Of a DNA stretch of 64,000 nt, positions 1 to 12,920 are shown piece after piece. A program made the position numbers and the translations under genes. This stretch comes from Azolla caroliniana (lineage: Eukaryota; Plantae; Polypodiophyta). Location of the stretch: assembly GCA_043228905.1 (NCBI GenBank), contig JBHGNT010000006.1, positions 7,130,001 to 7,194,000 on the forward strand, given 5' to 3'. Below the pieces are notes generated by a model, which was not told where the DNA came from, did not search any database, and saw only the letters and a program-made list of their open reading frames with translations. Numbering within the stretch: the stretch's first letter is position 1; every line of letters begins with the position of its first letter.

Positions 1-405
1 ATGGTTTGTTTACAATGCAAAGAAACAAATTTTATACTAATAATTAAAACAAGGTACAAATTAGTAAAAACAAATTTCCCTGAACACCATCTTTAACACG
101 GTGATTGCTATTTGAATTATGTCTTACGCAAATACCAGGCTAAAGATACAAAAATCTCATAACTAGTCACTTCAATTTCAGCAAGTGTATGATAAAACAT
201 CAACTTAAGGCAAATGTAAATGAAACACCTTCATTTTAGTTCACCAAAGAGTTTCAAACACCTACCCCGCAAAGTTGCTGGTCACAAATTAGATAAAAAT
301 GAATCTTAAAAAGATTATTCCAGCATTAAAATTAAAATAAGCGTTTTAACAAAACCGTCACACATGATCTGAACAACTCGCAAAAAAAGAGATGGTACTC
401 ATTGC

Positions 406-3400
406 CTAGTTTGCATTGGCAAGCTCTGCGCGAAGTTTCTTAGCTGCTTCCACCATGCTTGTTAAGGCTGGCATCACTTCAGAATACTTGCGTGTCTTTA
501 ACCCACAATCAGGGTTAACCCACAATACCTTGGATTCCAAGACATCTAACATCTGAGAAAAGGAAAAGCCAAAAACATGAGACTTATTATCAAACTAGCA
601 TTGCAAACTATTCTAAAAGAATAGAAAAGAATTGTCTATTATTTTCTGATGAACCTAGTGTTAAATTTGTAATCAAGAGGTAACGCATCGCATACTTGAT
701 GCATGAACCAACAAGTGGATTAGTTGGGTGGGACATACCTTCCTAAGACGATCGGCAATTTCCTCCGTATCAGGTACTCTTGGAGTGTGAATATCATATA
801 CACCAGGGCCAATTCCAGCACCATACTTCACACCATCTCTGAACACTCTGAGAAGCTTCTCATCAGAACGGGAGTTCTCAATGGTGATGACATCAGCATC
901 CATGTCAATGATTGAATGGATGATGTCATTGAAGTGGGAATAGCACATATGCGTATGGATCTACATCATATACAGAATAGTCAATATAGAATAAATTAAG
1001 ACCCGCCTCCGCCTGTTAACAATACAGAAGCAAAGAGAAAATAATAGCATATAAAGACCCTTTAACCTGTGTGGTATCTTTCAGTCCACAATTGGTAATT
1101 CTGAAAGAGTGCACAGCCCAGTTCAAATACTCAGCTTGCTCAGATTTCCTCAACGGCAAACCTTCTCTAAGTGCAGCTTCATCAATTTGAATGACCTGAA
1201 TACAAGGCATTGTTCATATTTAAAGACGAAAACTTAGACACGAAACTGCAAAAGATGAAAATTTACACTGATTCCAGCTGCTTCCAAATCTTCTACTTCA
1301 TGCTTAATCGCTACAGCAATTTGGTAGCACGTTTCTGACCTATGAAATACCACAAAAAAAAAATTAGAGCATATGGCAGACACCAAGTTTTACGAATATA
1401 TGACATAAAAGGTACAGGAAGAGTTCTGAGAGCATAAGCATATGATGTAAACTAAGTTTTAAAGATATATGAAATAGAAATACAGAAAGAGTTCTGAAAT
1501 CCTATCACGTATTATCCTATTACTGACATCGAACAACACATTATGCACCAAAATAAAACGAATTGACCATGAACAATTGTTCAAGACAAGGATCACCAAG
1601 GGGTGTTGAGAGAAACAAAGAAGCGTAATATATTTATTGTCGTATATGTAGATTGCTCTGAAATAAAATTTAGTTGACAAAAAATCACCCACCTTGGTTG
1701 ATCATTCCTAACAAAGGACCAGTTCAGAATTGTCACAGGTCCTGTAAGCATTCCCTTCATAGGTCTAGCAGTTAAGCTTTGGGCATAAGTTGACCAGAAC
1801 ACAGTCATTGCATTTGGCCGGCTCACATCACCATAAATAATAGGTGGCTTGACGCAGCGGGAACCATATGATTGAACCCAACCATTTTCAGTGAAGGCAA
1901 AACCGCTGAGTTGCTCTCCAAAGTACTCAACCATATCATTCCTCTGTTGAATTGATAAATTATAGTCAAATTTCATTTTCTCCCTGTATTTACACAAAAG
2001 GATATAGAGCAAGGAGATTAACAAACCTCAGGTTCACCGTGCACAAGGACATCAATATCAAGCTCCTCCTGTATCTTACATACTTTCTCAATTTCATTCT
2101 TAATGGCCTTAATGTAGGTTTCTTCTGAAATCCTATATGGAAAAAGTTGAACAAGATTAATGCTGATGAATTGAAAAAAACAATATAACAAACAATGGGG
2201 TATAACACTGAGTTAAATAAATATTGTCCGTACTTCTTTGCTTTAAACTCCCGTCGAACTCTACGCAATTCCAATGTCTGGGGAAATGAACCGATTGTAG
2301 TAGTTGGCAAAATTGGAAGATTCAAATGCTTTTGCTGCTCATCAAGTCTCTGAGATACGGGTGTAGCTCTTCTGTGGTCAGACCCTTTCAGTTCATTTGC
2401 CTGTGGAATATTAACAAGTAACTAAAATGATAAAAAACACATAAACAAAAATACGTAGCCAACAGAATATGAACAGATAAGTAGTATTGCAAAAAGGGCA
2501 CTATTTAAGGTTTGCAGCTGAGCGGGATTTTAGTACATCTCCATAAAAGAAATATGATTAACTTACTGCTCTCTGCACAGCTTCATTGTGCACACGAGGA
2601 GATGACCTTCTTGATGCCTGAGCAGATGCATTTGCCGCAAAAAATTCCTGTTCATGTATTGAAAGCAGCAAATACTTGTCTGGTCAGACATTCTATCATG
2701 TGGCCAACGTGACAATTCTAATGGTAGCTTGATCTTTTACCTCATCTTTCTTTCCACAAAGGGCATTGGCAAGAGCTACAGTTTCCAAAACCTTCTGTGC
2801 AGCAAACGCCAACCAAGATTTCAACTCGATGTCTAGTTTAATCTCATTACTGAGATCAACAGGAGAATGGAGAAGAGAAGAAGACGTTGAAACGACCACT
2901 CTGTCTGCATATCAAGAAAGATAAATTAGTAAGAAAAAAGGTTCAGCTATGCAGATTAAAATTACACGCTATAGAGTTTTTGGTGATTGCTGTTTTGTGG
3001 CCATCTATAGATTACTGTTAGATGACGTGGCATCTTTGGAATTATAGTTTAACTCTTAACTTGAATAGGAGTTTTGTAACCACGATAATATTTTTAAAAC
3101 TGGAATCAAAACATTCACGGAAACAGTTGATCACAAAAAGAAAGAAACATCTTACCCTTGCCCAAGATAGAAGTCAACTCTTCAAGAGTAGTGAGAGAAG
3201 CAGCAAGATCATTAGCCCAAATGTTACGACCATCAACAACACCAGCGAATAGAATCTTCCCCTCTGGGATGCCAAGCTCCTTGATAAGGCTCAAAGTTTT
3301 CTGTCCCCTAACAAGGTCAACACCAATAGCTGACACGTGGTCCAAGCCAACAAGTGTCCTTCATAGATAGAAGCAAAGGTTAGCTCAAGTGAAACATGAA

Positions 3401-5046
3401 TAGGGAAGTCTTATGTACACAGTCAAGTATGAACACACTAATTTAAATGATAAGACAACAAGTTTGGACGGTAAACAAGTGCATACTCTATTAATGTGTT
3501 AAAATAACAGACAAGAACTATTTCTGCCCACTAAACTGAACAAACTATTTCAAGTCTTGACTAAAATTCATTAGATGATGCACAGTATAATAGTATCAAG
3601 GAAAACTAATCAACATACTTGAAGGCTGCCACAGGGATATCTGCAAAGTACGTCTCTATCAGAACTTTGATGTCAGGAAGCTGAGAACCCAGGGTAGAAT
3701 ATGCATGCTTGAATGCATCCAGCTTGTGTGCCTCGAGATCAAGTACAATAGTAGGCTCATCAAGCTGAACCCATTGAGCTCCAGCTGCTTTCAACTCACT
3801 AATTATCTCCCTATAGTTTAAAAAAATCCGGACACAAAAAAGACTGTTAGGATCTAATCACTATATCCGTGGATACAAAAAAAGACCGTTATCGATGAGG
3901 ATGAGTTAATACTTGTAAATTGGTAGAATAGAATCTAGGAGGGAGAGGCAGTCGAAGTTTGTTGCTACTCCCTTTCCGGGTTTAGCCAAAAGAAGGTATG
4001 AAACAGGACCAATTAAAACTGGAACAGTCTCAATTCCAAGCTGTGAAAAAAGAATAGGGATTTAATTGCAAAAATTAACAGATAAAAAACATATATATGC
4101 ATACAACACAATTGTACGTATACCAAGATAAATACAAACACGCACACATATATAAATATAGAAACACATTTTACACCTTTCCCTTTTGTATTACATTACA
4201 TATGCCTAATAAATGTACAGCAAATACATGTTTGCATATCATTTCCACCGAACAGTTTGAAGTATAGATTTACAAAATGTGTAAAAATCTGCAACTCACA
4301 AACCTCTTTGGCCTCCTTGTATTCCTCAACTGCCTTGTGAGATGAAAGCGAGAACTTAGTGTCAGGGCCAAGCTCAGGCACAGTGTAATGACTGCAAAAA
4401 TAAAAAGATTTGGACATTAAAAAAAATATAGATATAATGGAATAGGAAAAGATACCGAAATATGTACAGATATACACAGCCCTAGTTTTCCATTCATTTC
4501 GAGAAAAACAATGAATAGTACTCCGTTTTGAGCAACAAAGGGGCTACTCTGGTCATTTATTCAAACCTAGGGTCATTCCAGTCTCTTCCCAATAGACTGA
4601 GAAATGAGGGGTATTATGTTGATTTTCGCAAAAAATAAAAAAAGGCCAAAAACCATCATCTCACGTGAGAAACGTTGTAAAGTCTCGAAATCTTACTAGT
4701 TCGAATCAAACCACTTGGTCATCTCCATTGCCGTATGTTTAGCATTGCCACGAGCCATGGAGAAATACACATCAAATCCAATCTCTCCACCAGTCCATTC
4801 ATAACGAGGGGGCACCGCACCAACTAAGGCAGTAGTATCCAAGACCTGATCATAGTAAGAGAAGGTATTGCTCGGAATGTATTTAACCCCAGCACTTTCC
4901 ATCTGTTTCCATATAGAGACCCTGATGTCCTTGGCAACTTTCTCAAGATCAGAGGCAGATGATTTCTTATCCCAGAAGGACTCCAACGCAAACTTCAGCT
5001 CTCTCTTTGGTCCCATCCTTGGGTAGCCAACCACATGAGAAGCCAT
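406..5046 (-). CDS. metE: Cobalamin-independent methionine synthase (5-methyltetrahydropteroyltriglutamate-homocysteine methyltransferase), 14 coding exons, 766 aa
   Basis: Exons (minus strand, all GT-AG): 5046-4697, 4391-4304, 4040-3913, 3810-3619, 3358-3156, 2904-2741, 2647-2567, 2400-2234, 2132-2027, 1943-1693, 1339-1267, 1195-1067, 960-739, 552-406. Total 2301 nt, in frame, ending in TAG. N-terminus [25 protein letters not shown]; motifs [45 protein letters not shown], and Zn ligands IHTHMCYS and [11 protein letters not shown]. Confidence 0.97.
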
Positions 5047-5828
5047 TGCTGCAGACAGATTGTGATAGAAACCTGAAAATAAAGGCAGAAGATCTCACAT
5101 TTGATGTAATTTGATGCAGCAGATGAAAAGCTTTACAAATTAATATCAATATACATTTCTTTACACCGAAAATGCAGATTTTGATGTTCGATCTAACAGA
5201 AAATAGCATATTGCTGCAGCAAAAGAGAAAACTAAGAAAGATTTCCTGACTGTTGCCTGAACTAAATGACTAGAACTTTAGATAAACAAGTAACATAACA
5301 TAAAATGGAAGGACAAAATTCCAACTACAGCAAAAGGAAAGTTTATCTTTTAACATCAGTGAAAAAACAAAATAGCATCGAAAAATAAATCTTCGGAAAT
5401 GAGGTTACTCGAAATCTACTTTCCAGCTGAAATGTGCAGAAGTTGCAGTACTCTTAACACCCTACGAGTTGTAATGAAAATCTAAATGAACCAACTGAAT
5501 TGAGTAAAACTTAGAAAGAAAGGTCTCAAAATTCAGAAAACTATGACAGGTTTCAACACTCAAAACATTTTGTGCATTTCTGGGAATAAATATGTTTTTA
5601 ACAATAGACTACTCAACAGCATCAGTACAATCTACAAATGCTGCATCGCCTACATAACTATCATCTCCAATACAGCACTAAATTGTGAAAAAAAAACATA
5701 GATGTCTTGATATTAGCCTTTACCTAGAAGAATTTCCTCAAAATAGAATTTTGTTTTCATCTTTCTGGCATTCATTTCACCCTATTGTTATATCCGCACT
5801 GTGCAAATATAGCATACAAAAATACTTG

Positions 5829-6018
5829 GGAAGAAAAGAATCAAGAAGATACAGATCCAAATGCCGGACCGTAAAGACATTATGACAAGAAGATAAGCTC
5901 ATCAAGCAAAATCTACAAAGTTAGGAAGAAAAGAATCACGATGATACAGATCCAAATCCCTGACATTAGAGACATTGTGACAAGAAGACTAGCTCATCAA
6001 GCAAATTCTACAAAGTTC
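5829..6018. repeat. 95-bp imperfect tandem duplication in the 5'UTR intron of methionine synthase
   Basis: GGAAGAAAAGAATC...CAGATCCAAAT...CTCATCAAGCAAA..CTACAAAGTT begins at 5829 and again at 5924. Confidence 0.9.
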
Positions 6019-6988
6019 ATTTCTTCTCAGAAAGACGACAATAACTCGTTGAAAAACTCGATAGGGAACAAGATGTTCAAATATGCATATAGATTCAGTG
6101 CGCTGTTAAAAAACAGACTCAAAACCATAACATTCATGCAAGTAGAACTACAACTGAAGTTGTCTTTAGAAATAACTCGAGATATAATGCATTCACTAGG
6201 AACGTTTCAAGATCGGAGTTTGGTTTGAGAGACAAGTATATAAGATGTAGTAGCTATGGAGCCCCATACAGAGATTCACCATGTTTGCTGCGATGCGAAA
6301 CACCCAAAGATATTGTATTCCAAGAGGATAAACAGTAAAGAAGCATAATCTCAGACGGAAATCAAAAGTTGAAACAAGCTAAATCATTACGTGTGAATGG
6401 AACCATGCGAAGAAGATTGAGAAAGAGTAAAAAAGGGGGGGCAAACGAATGGTTCATGCAGATGCAGATTAATGTACATAGATCTAGCACACTATGGACT
6501 CAGGTAGTAGCCTGCAAAAGAATGAGTAGAAATTATTTCTTCTTCGTATTCTTCTAGATCTATGTGAATCTGTAAACAACACAGTATGTTCTAGTGGCAG
6601 AAGTTGAGGCACCTATTGTAAAAAACAAATTGCTTGCCTGATCTGGAGAGACGGAGGAAAAAGAGAAGAAGAAGAAGAAGAAATGAAGAAAAGGAGAAAA
6701 CTTACCTGGAGCGACGGAGCTCATTATTTGAGAGAGAGGAAGAGGAGAAAACTTACCTGAAAGGGACGGAGGAAAGAGGGAAAATGGAAGAGAGTCTTAT
6801 CTAAGAAGGAACCTGAGAAGGAAGAGAAGAGAAAGAACATAGCGTTTCTGAAGAGAGGGACGGAGGAAGAAGGAAGAAGGGAAAGGAAGCGAGGCCTTAC
6901 CTGAGTGAAGGTGAGAGAGAGAGAGAGAAGAAGAAGAAGAAGAAGAGATATGGAAGGAATGGACAGAAAGAGAGGGGTGGGGTATTAC

Positions 6989-7180
6989 CTGAGACTGAAG
7001 AAGCTGAAGCTGAAGCTATGGCGGAGGCGGAAAGAGGAGGAGATCTCTGCTGCGTCGTTCAGTTCAGATCAGATCTGATCAGAGCAGAGGAGCGCAGAGC
7101 AGATCAGATCTGAAGATGTAGATCTGAAGAAGAAAGAGGATGAGAGAGGGAGAGGGTTTACAAACACACAGAGATTTATA
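6989..7180 (-). promoter_or_regulatory. Putative methionine synthase core promoter and non-coding first exon
   Basis: TATAAAT at 7180-7174 (minus), followed by a CT-rich leader and the first donor CAG|GTAAT at 6989/6988. A ~1.9 kb 5'UTR intron ends at one of two acceptors (5073/5072 or 5049/5048) just before the ATG. The TSS (~7145) is inferred. Confidence 0.6.
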
Positions 7181-7194
7181 TGCATTTTTTTGAG

Positions 7195-7780
7195 TGTATG
7201 TACGTATATACGTATGTAAGTACGTACATACGTATATGTATCCACACACACGCACACATCTACATACAATAAATAAAAAGTATTTATTTCTTTATTTGTT
7301 TATTTACATAGTTGCCTCGTTTTTATTTTTCTTATTTATTTATTTATTTATTTATTTTCGTGTGTGGTGTGTGGTAATGGTATTGGTATGTATATTTATG
7401 TACAGTATGTAATGTATATATGTATGCATGCATGTATGTATGTATGTATGTATGTATGAGATGGAGATGGTTATATATATGTACATACATACATATATAG
7501 TAGGTATGAGGCCCCATGTATATATATGTATGTACATACAATACATATATAGGTATGGGCCCCGCATGTATGTATGTATGTATGTATGTATGTATGTATG
7601 TATGTATGAGATGGAGATGGAGATGGAGATGGAGATGGTTATGTATACATATATATGTACATACATACATATATTCTAGGTATGGGCCCCACAGGTATGT
7701 ATGTATGTATGTATGAGATGGAGATGTAGATGTAGATGGTTATGTATGTACATACATCCATATATTATAGGTATATGTGT
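7195..7780. repeat. Compound microsatellite/minisatellite of (TATG)n and (GAGATG)n with interspersed GGCCCC motifs
   Basis: Visible directly; higher-order unit ~127 bp (GGTATGGGCCCC at ~7552 and ~7679). Confidence 0.9.
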
Positions 7781-10700
7781 AACTCAAACTCCCATTCCAA
7801 TGATGTCATTATGTGTAACTCTACAAATGTCTAGAGAGATAATCAGAGAACGAATAGCCTCCCTCCTCATCACCAATTGTGGGCCACCTCCCTTCAACAT
7901 GTATGTGATGGTTGTTGATGGCTCCCCACATATCTCTCTCTCATTGGGCAGGCCGTTTTGGTTTTAAGGTTTACGATGGAACTCGCCAAAACATGTCACA
8001 AATCAATTTTGGTCGGTTAAGGCATACATTGGGTTGGTGGCCACAAGGAGGGCTATTGGGTTATTTCAAGTAATACAACTATATATCTATCTCTCTATTT
8101 GTTTGTCTATCCTTGTCTACAACACAAAGATAAGATGCAACTCCCTTGAGTGGGATGCATCAAACAAACTAGCTCATACACTCTGGTATAAATACGAAAA
8201 AAGTAGTAGATTAAAACAACAATCCTCTATGTATTATGTGCCAATAATCCCCATTTTGGTGCATGCTATGAACAACAACCCAATCACTTCATAATGCTCA
8301 ACTCATCACATGTTCAAGCTACCTCTTGTACATTTCCTTGTCTACCCATTTATGTCATCTTCGTCCGCTCTTTTTCTCTTTGCATCAGTGGCCTTATTTA
8401 CTTGACCCAAGCAAGATTCCATTGATTGTGATGTGATCGATGCACATTAGGATGGGTGCTTTTACACATTCACATTAGAATCATATAGAAAGTGGTATTG
8501 AGTGCAAGAGGCGAGGTTAGCCCTAACTACGAGTGATATTTAGAATTAACCATTTGACAGATATTTATATTCCTATGTATCAAGGACCAAAGCCAAGAAC
8601 ATTATTGAATAAAAAAAGGAATATTGCTAGAATTTGGACAAAGATTGTGTGTATAATCTCAAACATTGTTTGGATGACGTAAGAAGTGATACTCAACCAA
8701 CAAAATTGCAATTTCAAATCATTTGGGGCAAAGGTATACATAGTTTATGAACGGCTTTTTGATAAGATGGATTGGTTTTACTCTATATCAAAATATTTAT
8801 TTAAGCCAATAGATAGAAGAACTTAAAAAAGTGGGAGGTAGATATTATGTATGTTTACTATATAGAGTAAATTCTTGTGCATCATTAGGGTTATTTCTCA
8901 GTGAGGTACACCAAAATAGTATTGTTTCTATGCCAATAAATAAGAAAAAAGGAATATTAACAAAAGACAATATTACAAGACCATCAAGACCATCATTGAA
9001 TTGGTTCAATAATGAAAATATGTCCTATACATAGAATGAGCCATACGTGCATTCGCATTCAAGTATGGTAAATATCATTCTTTTCGTATTCATTATTTAC
9101 TATAAGGTGAAACTTTTTTATGATAAAAAGGTTAGAAAAAAGTTCTAAAATGTCAAAAAAAAAAAACATAAGTATGTTTTCCTAACGTATGCATTTGTTT
9201 GCAAATGTATGAAAACGAATGTTTGAGCAAAAGAATGTGAATATTATGTTCTATGTCCTATATATAGTTGTATTCAACTCATACATGGTCACCACCTAGA
9301 ATAGATATAAGAGCATAAGATTCAAAACTTACGTATGGAACACATGATGGATACTCATGTAGGAATGGAGATCCATAAAAACATGTCTTGATTTGACTAC
9401 AGGTCAAGAAAGTATCAAACCTTCAATAATTTGAACTTATCACATGGCTTCTATTCTTCACATTGCATCGTAACAACCATACATCGTCCCCAAGTTGGAG
9501 CTTAGGGTTCTCTAGTGTAGAGTTTAGACAATCTCAATTTATAACTAGTTTGTGCTAGGCTCGGGCATTGCGTAAACAATGGGAAAACTCAACTTCAATC
9601 CTTGGGGATCAAGCTAGATGATTTTGCACAATAGGATTTGTAGAGACTTCATGGTGCTTCAACATTGTCCAACAACAATAATGACCTATAATTGTGAAGA
9701 ATGGAGCATATACATACTTGATGGAAGAGTGCACTAAACTATTGTTAGAAAATTTCACAAAATATAAAAAACGACCCTATCATTTATTGTCAATTGATGA
9801 AGCAACGAAGATATGGCTTCTAGGTATGATATGTGTATTCGATCCGATCGTCAAATTGTGGATGATAATTATAAGAGAGCTTACAAAAGATAATAAGCAA
9901 CTTGAACAATGCTTCCAATACTATGAGATGAAATATGGCATGCAATTGTTACTATCGTCATTTCGGAATGCATGATTGTGGAATACTTATTGCATAATCG
10001 AATTGATTGTCTCTTAAATACTCGTACTCGTCGAGCATAGAATGCAATGTGTCATCTCAATTAGTCAATCAATTATTGTAAGAATTAGTACATCAAAATC
10101 ATTTCAAGATGGGAAGCATCTCAATTATTTAATCAATTATTGTGAGAATGTTATCGAAATCATTTTCAGATGGAAGATTGGTAATAAAATCTTAGAAATT
10201 TAATTTCCATGGACTTTTAAATTGACAATGGTTGCAACAACCCATTTAGACAATGTCGTAACATTTTGGATCGACAACATACATTTCAAGTGTGAATATA
10301 ATCTTTGACAAAATTATGAAGTTGAGGCTACCAACATTTCTATGTAGCCAACCCCAAAATTGTAGAGACTCTAAAGTGTTCAAGTACTAGTGTGTCATGG
10401 CAAAATACCTGGAATCAACAATAACCTTTAGAAATGTACAAAAGAGTTAGCCATCATGCCAACTAAAATAACACAATCTTTACAAGAATTCTCAACATTA
10501 AGGCAAGATGCATGATTTGGAACAATATGAACCATCTTTCTTTGCGACAAAGGAGATGGGTGCACCCACTAGGCTTGTAGAATGCTAGATAAATACATTC
10601 ACCAAGTTCTTCTAGATGGGTGCACCCATTGTCCTTGAGCTAAGACAGTGACAATTAAGATGTTGCAAGTTTATAGGAAAACCATAAAGTTGATGATGTT

Positions 10701-10979
10701 GAGAATCAAACTCAACTTTCTATGTGTTGGAACACATTCTAGGTTACTGAAGTGTGTGAACACCCCACCTTCTTGTATAGTAACTAGTGTGTTATAGAAG
10801 TTAATGTTCTATGACACAAACTCTTTAAGTAGTTAAGACACGACCTCTTTTCCAAGAGGCAATACTAGTGAGAGAACTTAGAGAGAAGGTGACTACATAA
10901 GCACCTTCTCCTTCTCTTTGTAACTGTTGGTCATTCTTGTCTCCTTGTTAATACAGTTTTCTGTTATTTTGTAATCTTG

Positions 10980-11013
<34 letters not shown>

Positions 11014-11769
11014 ACATATACACACAATTCTTCCGCTGCACAAAATCCATCTGATTCTTTACATGGTATCAGAGCGTGTGGTAGCTTGATCCAAGTCCAT
11101 TGCCTTTACAGAAAGAACCGGTTGATCACTATAGCAACAATATGTACAGTTCGTATCAAAGAGATGAAGAAGAAGAAGAAGTTCGACAATGAACAGACAG
11201 ATGGGAAGCGTTATTCCCGCCGAGAAGCTTGATTGAAACAACTTTGCATCTTGGGAGTACAAGATGCACCAATACCTTGACGGCCAAGGCTATTGGAGTT
11301 ATGTCGAAGGAGCAAACGAAAATCAACTGAACCCAACACATGTCGACTACCCAGCTTGGGAGCAAACGGCGAGTCGTGTGTTGCACTGCCTTACATCATG
11401 CGTCCATGATCACATGCTCGGCTACATCCGAGAGGCCAAAACACTGAAGGAGGCGTGAGGGAACCTCAAGAAGTTTTCGCGGCCAACACGACCACAAGAA
11501 AGCTTCAACTCCATCAAGAGTTGAATAGTATACAACAGAGGGACATGTCAATTGGTAGCTACACCTTGAAGATCAAGGAGATTTGTGATGCCCTCGGGTT
11601 GATCAATGTTAGCATTGATGACGATGAAATGGTGCAGATTTGTCTTGGAGGCTTAGCACCTCAGTTTGGAGCCATTCGGTCGGTGGTCCTCGCGAGGGGG
11701 AATCCTCCCTCCTCCTTCGATCTCCAATAGATCCTGTTGGTTGAGGAGAATCATGTTCGAACAAGACGC

Positions 11770-12404
11770 TATCGCGAAGATTCACGCGTGCGTGTGCTAC
11801 TCGAGCGACCACCGGGGTCTTGGACTGGGGAGGATGTTTGCAGAATTATCGAAGAGATGACGATCAATGTAAGATTAGATGAAATTTGTTCGCTTGAGAA
11901 GAAGAAAGAGAAGTAGAAAAATATGAAGAAGATAAAGACAAATATAATTATATTGATGATAATGGTGTTGGTGATATCACATATTGAGCCCCCCTTACAC
12001 AAGCCCAACTAGAGGCTTTTATAGGTCTTTCCATGCTTGTGACATGCACAAAACCATGGGCTAAAACCATGGTTTTGCGCACACGGTTTTGCTTATGTCA
12101 TGCACAAACCATGGGTTTAGAACCATGGTTTTGTGCACATGGTTTTCTAATGGTTGTTTCATCTATAATTCATATATAAAAAGTAAATACATAAAATCTA
12201 CACTATATGATAATTTCCTAGTGGTAAGGCAATTATCTTGTATCTTAGAGGTGCAAGGTTCAAACCTTGCTTGCACCCCTTTGTATGAACTCAAGTGCCA
12301 CTAGGCCTTAGGAGGCTTATTTGCTAAGTGTATGTGCAATGTTGCACATCCTTGGTTTATTTGTCTCACTCGGTTTCATACCGTAGCCAAAAATCGTCAA
12401 GACA
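11770..12404 (-). mobile_element. Solo LTR (635 bp) inserted in copia gag, 4-bp TSD ACGC
   Basis: Termini TATCGCGA...TCAAGACA; ACGC at 11766-11769 and 12405-12408. Removing it restores gag ...HVRTRR-NVQEGQMLY. TATA box on the minus strand (~12016-12024). Confidence 0.8.
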
Positions 12405-12916
12405 ACGCAATGTGCAAGAAGGACAAATGCTCTATTCAAACTTTGATCTAGAGGAAGAGGACAAGGTCGTGGAAGAAGAGGCTGATTCATCCAAGGCCAA
12501 CACAATCAAGAGCAACCTTGAGAACATAACTTCTATTACCAACACGACGTTTCAAACACGTGAGGTGGAGCGTCCGGAAGAAGGGGGATCAATCAGGCCG
12601 ATGAACTCAAGTGCCACTAGGCCTTAGGAGGCTTATTTGCTAAGTGTATGTGCAATGTTGCACATCCTTGGTTTATTTGTCTCACTCGGTTTCATACCGT
12701 AGCCAAAAATCGTCAAGACAACGCAATGTGCAAGAAGGACAAATGCTCTATTCAAACTTTGATCTAGAGGAAGAGGACAAGGTCGTGGAAGAAGAGGCTG
12801 ATTCATCCAAGGCCAACACAATCAAGAGCAACCTTGAGAACATAACTTCTATTACCAACACGACGTTTCAAACACGTGAGGTGGAGCGTCCGGAAGAAGG
12901 GGGATCAATCAGGCCG
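12285..12916. repeat. Apparently exact 316-bp tandem duplication
   Basis: 12285-12600 matches 12601-12916; the ORF track shows identical 62-aa translations at 12317 and 12633. Confidence 0.95.
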
Positions 12917-12920
12917 GACA

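Noticed and set aside
7069-7967. Several 66-108 aa ORFs rich in Y/I/H/T/M/C/V
   Set aside because: Translations of (TATG)n and (GAGATG)n microsatellites.
8000-10690. Short ORFs, a ~65-bp tandem repeat (~10053-10175) and two TGGGTGCACCCA palindromes (10557, 10617)
   Set aside because: No recognisable product or element boundaries; probably decayed repeats.
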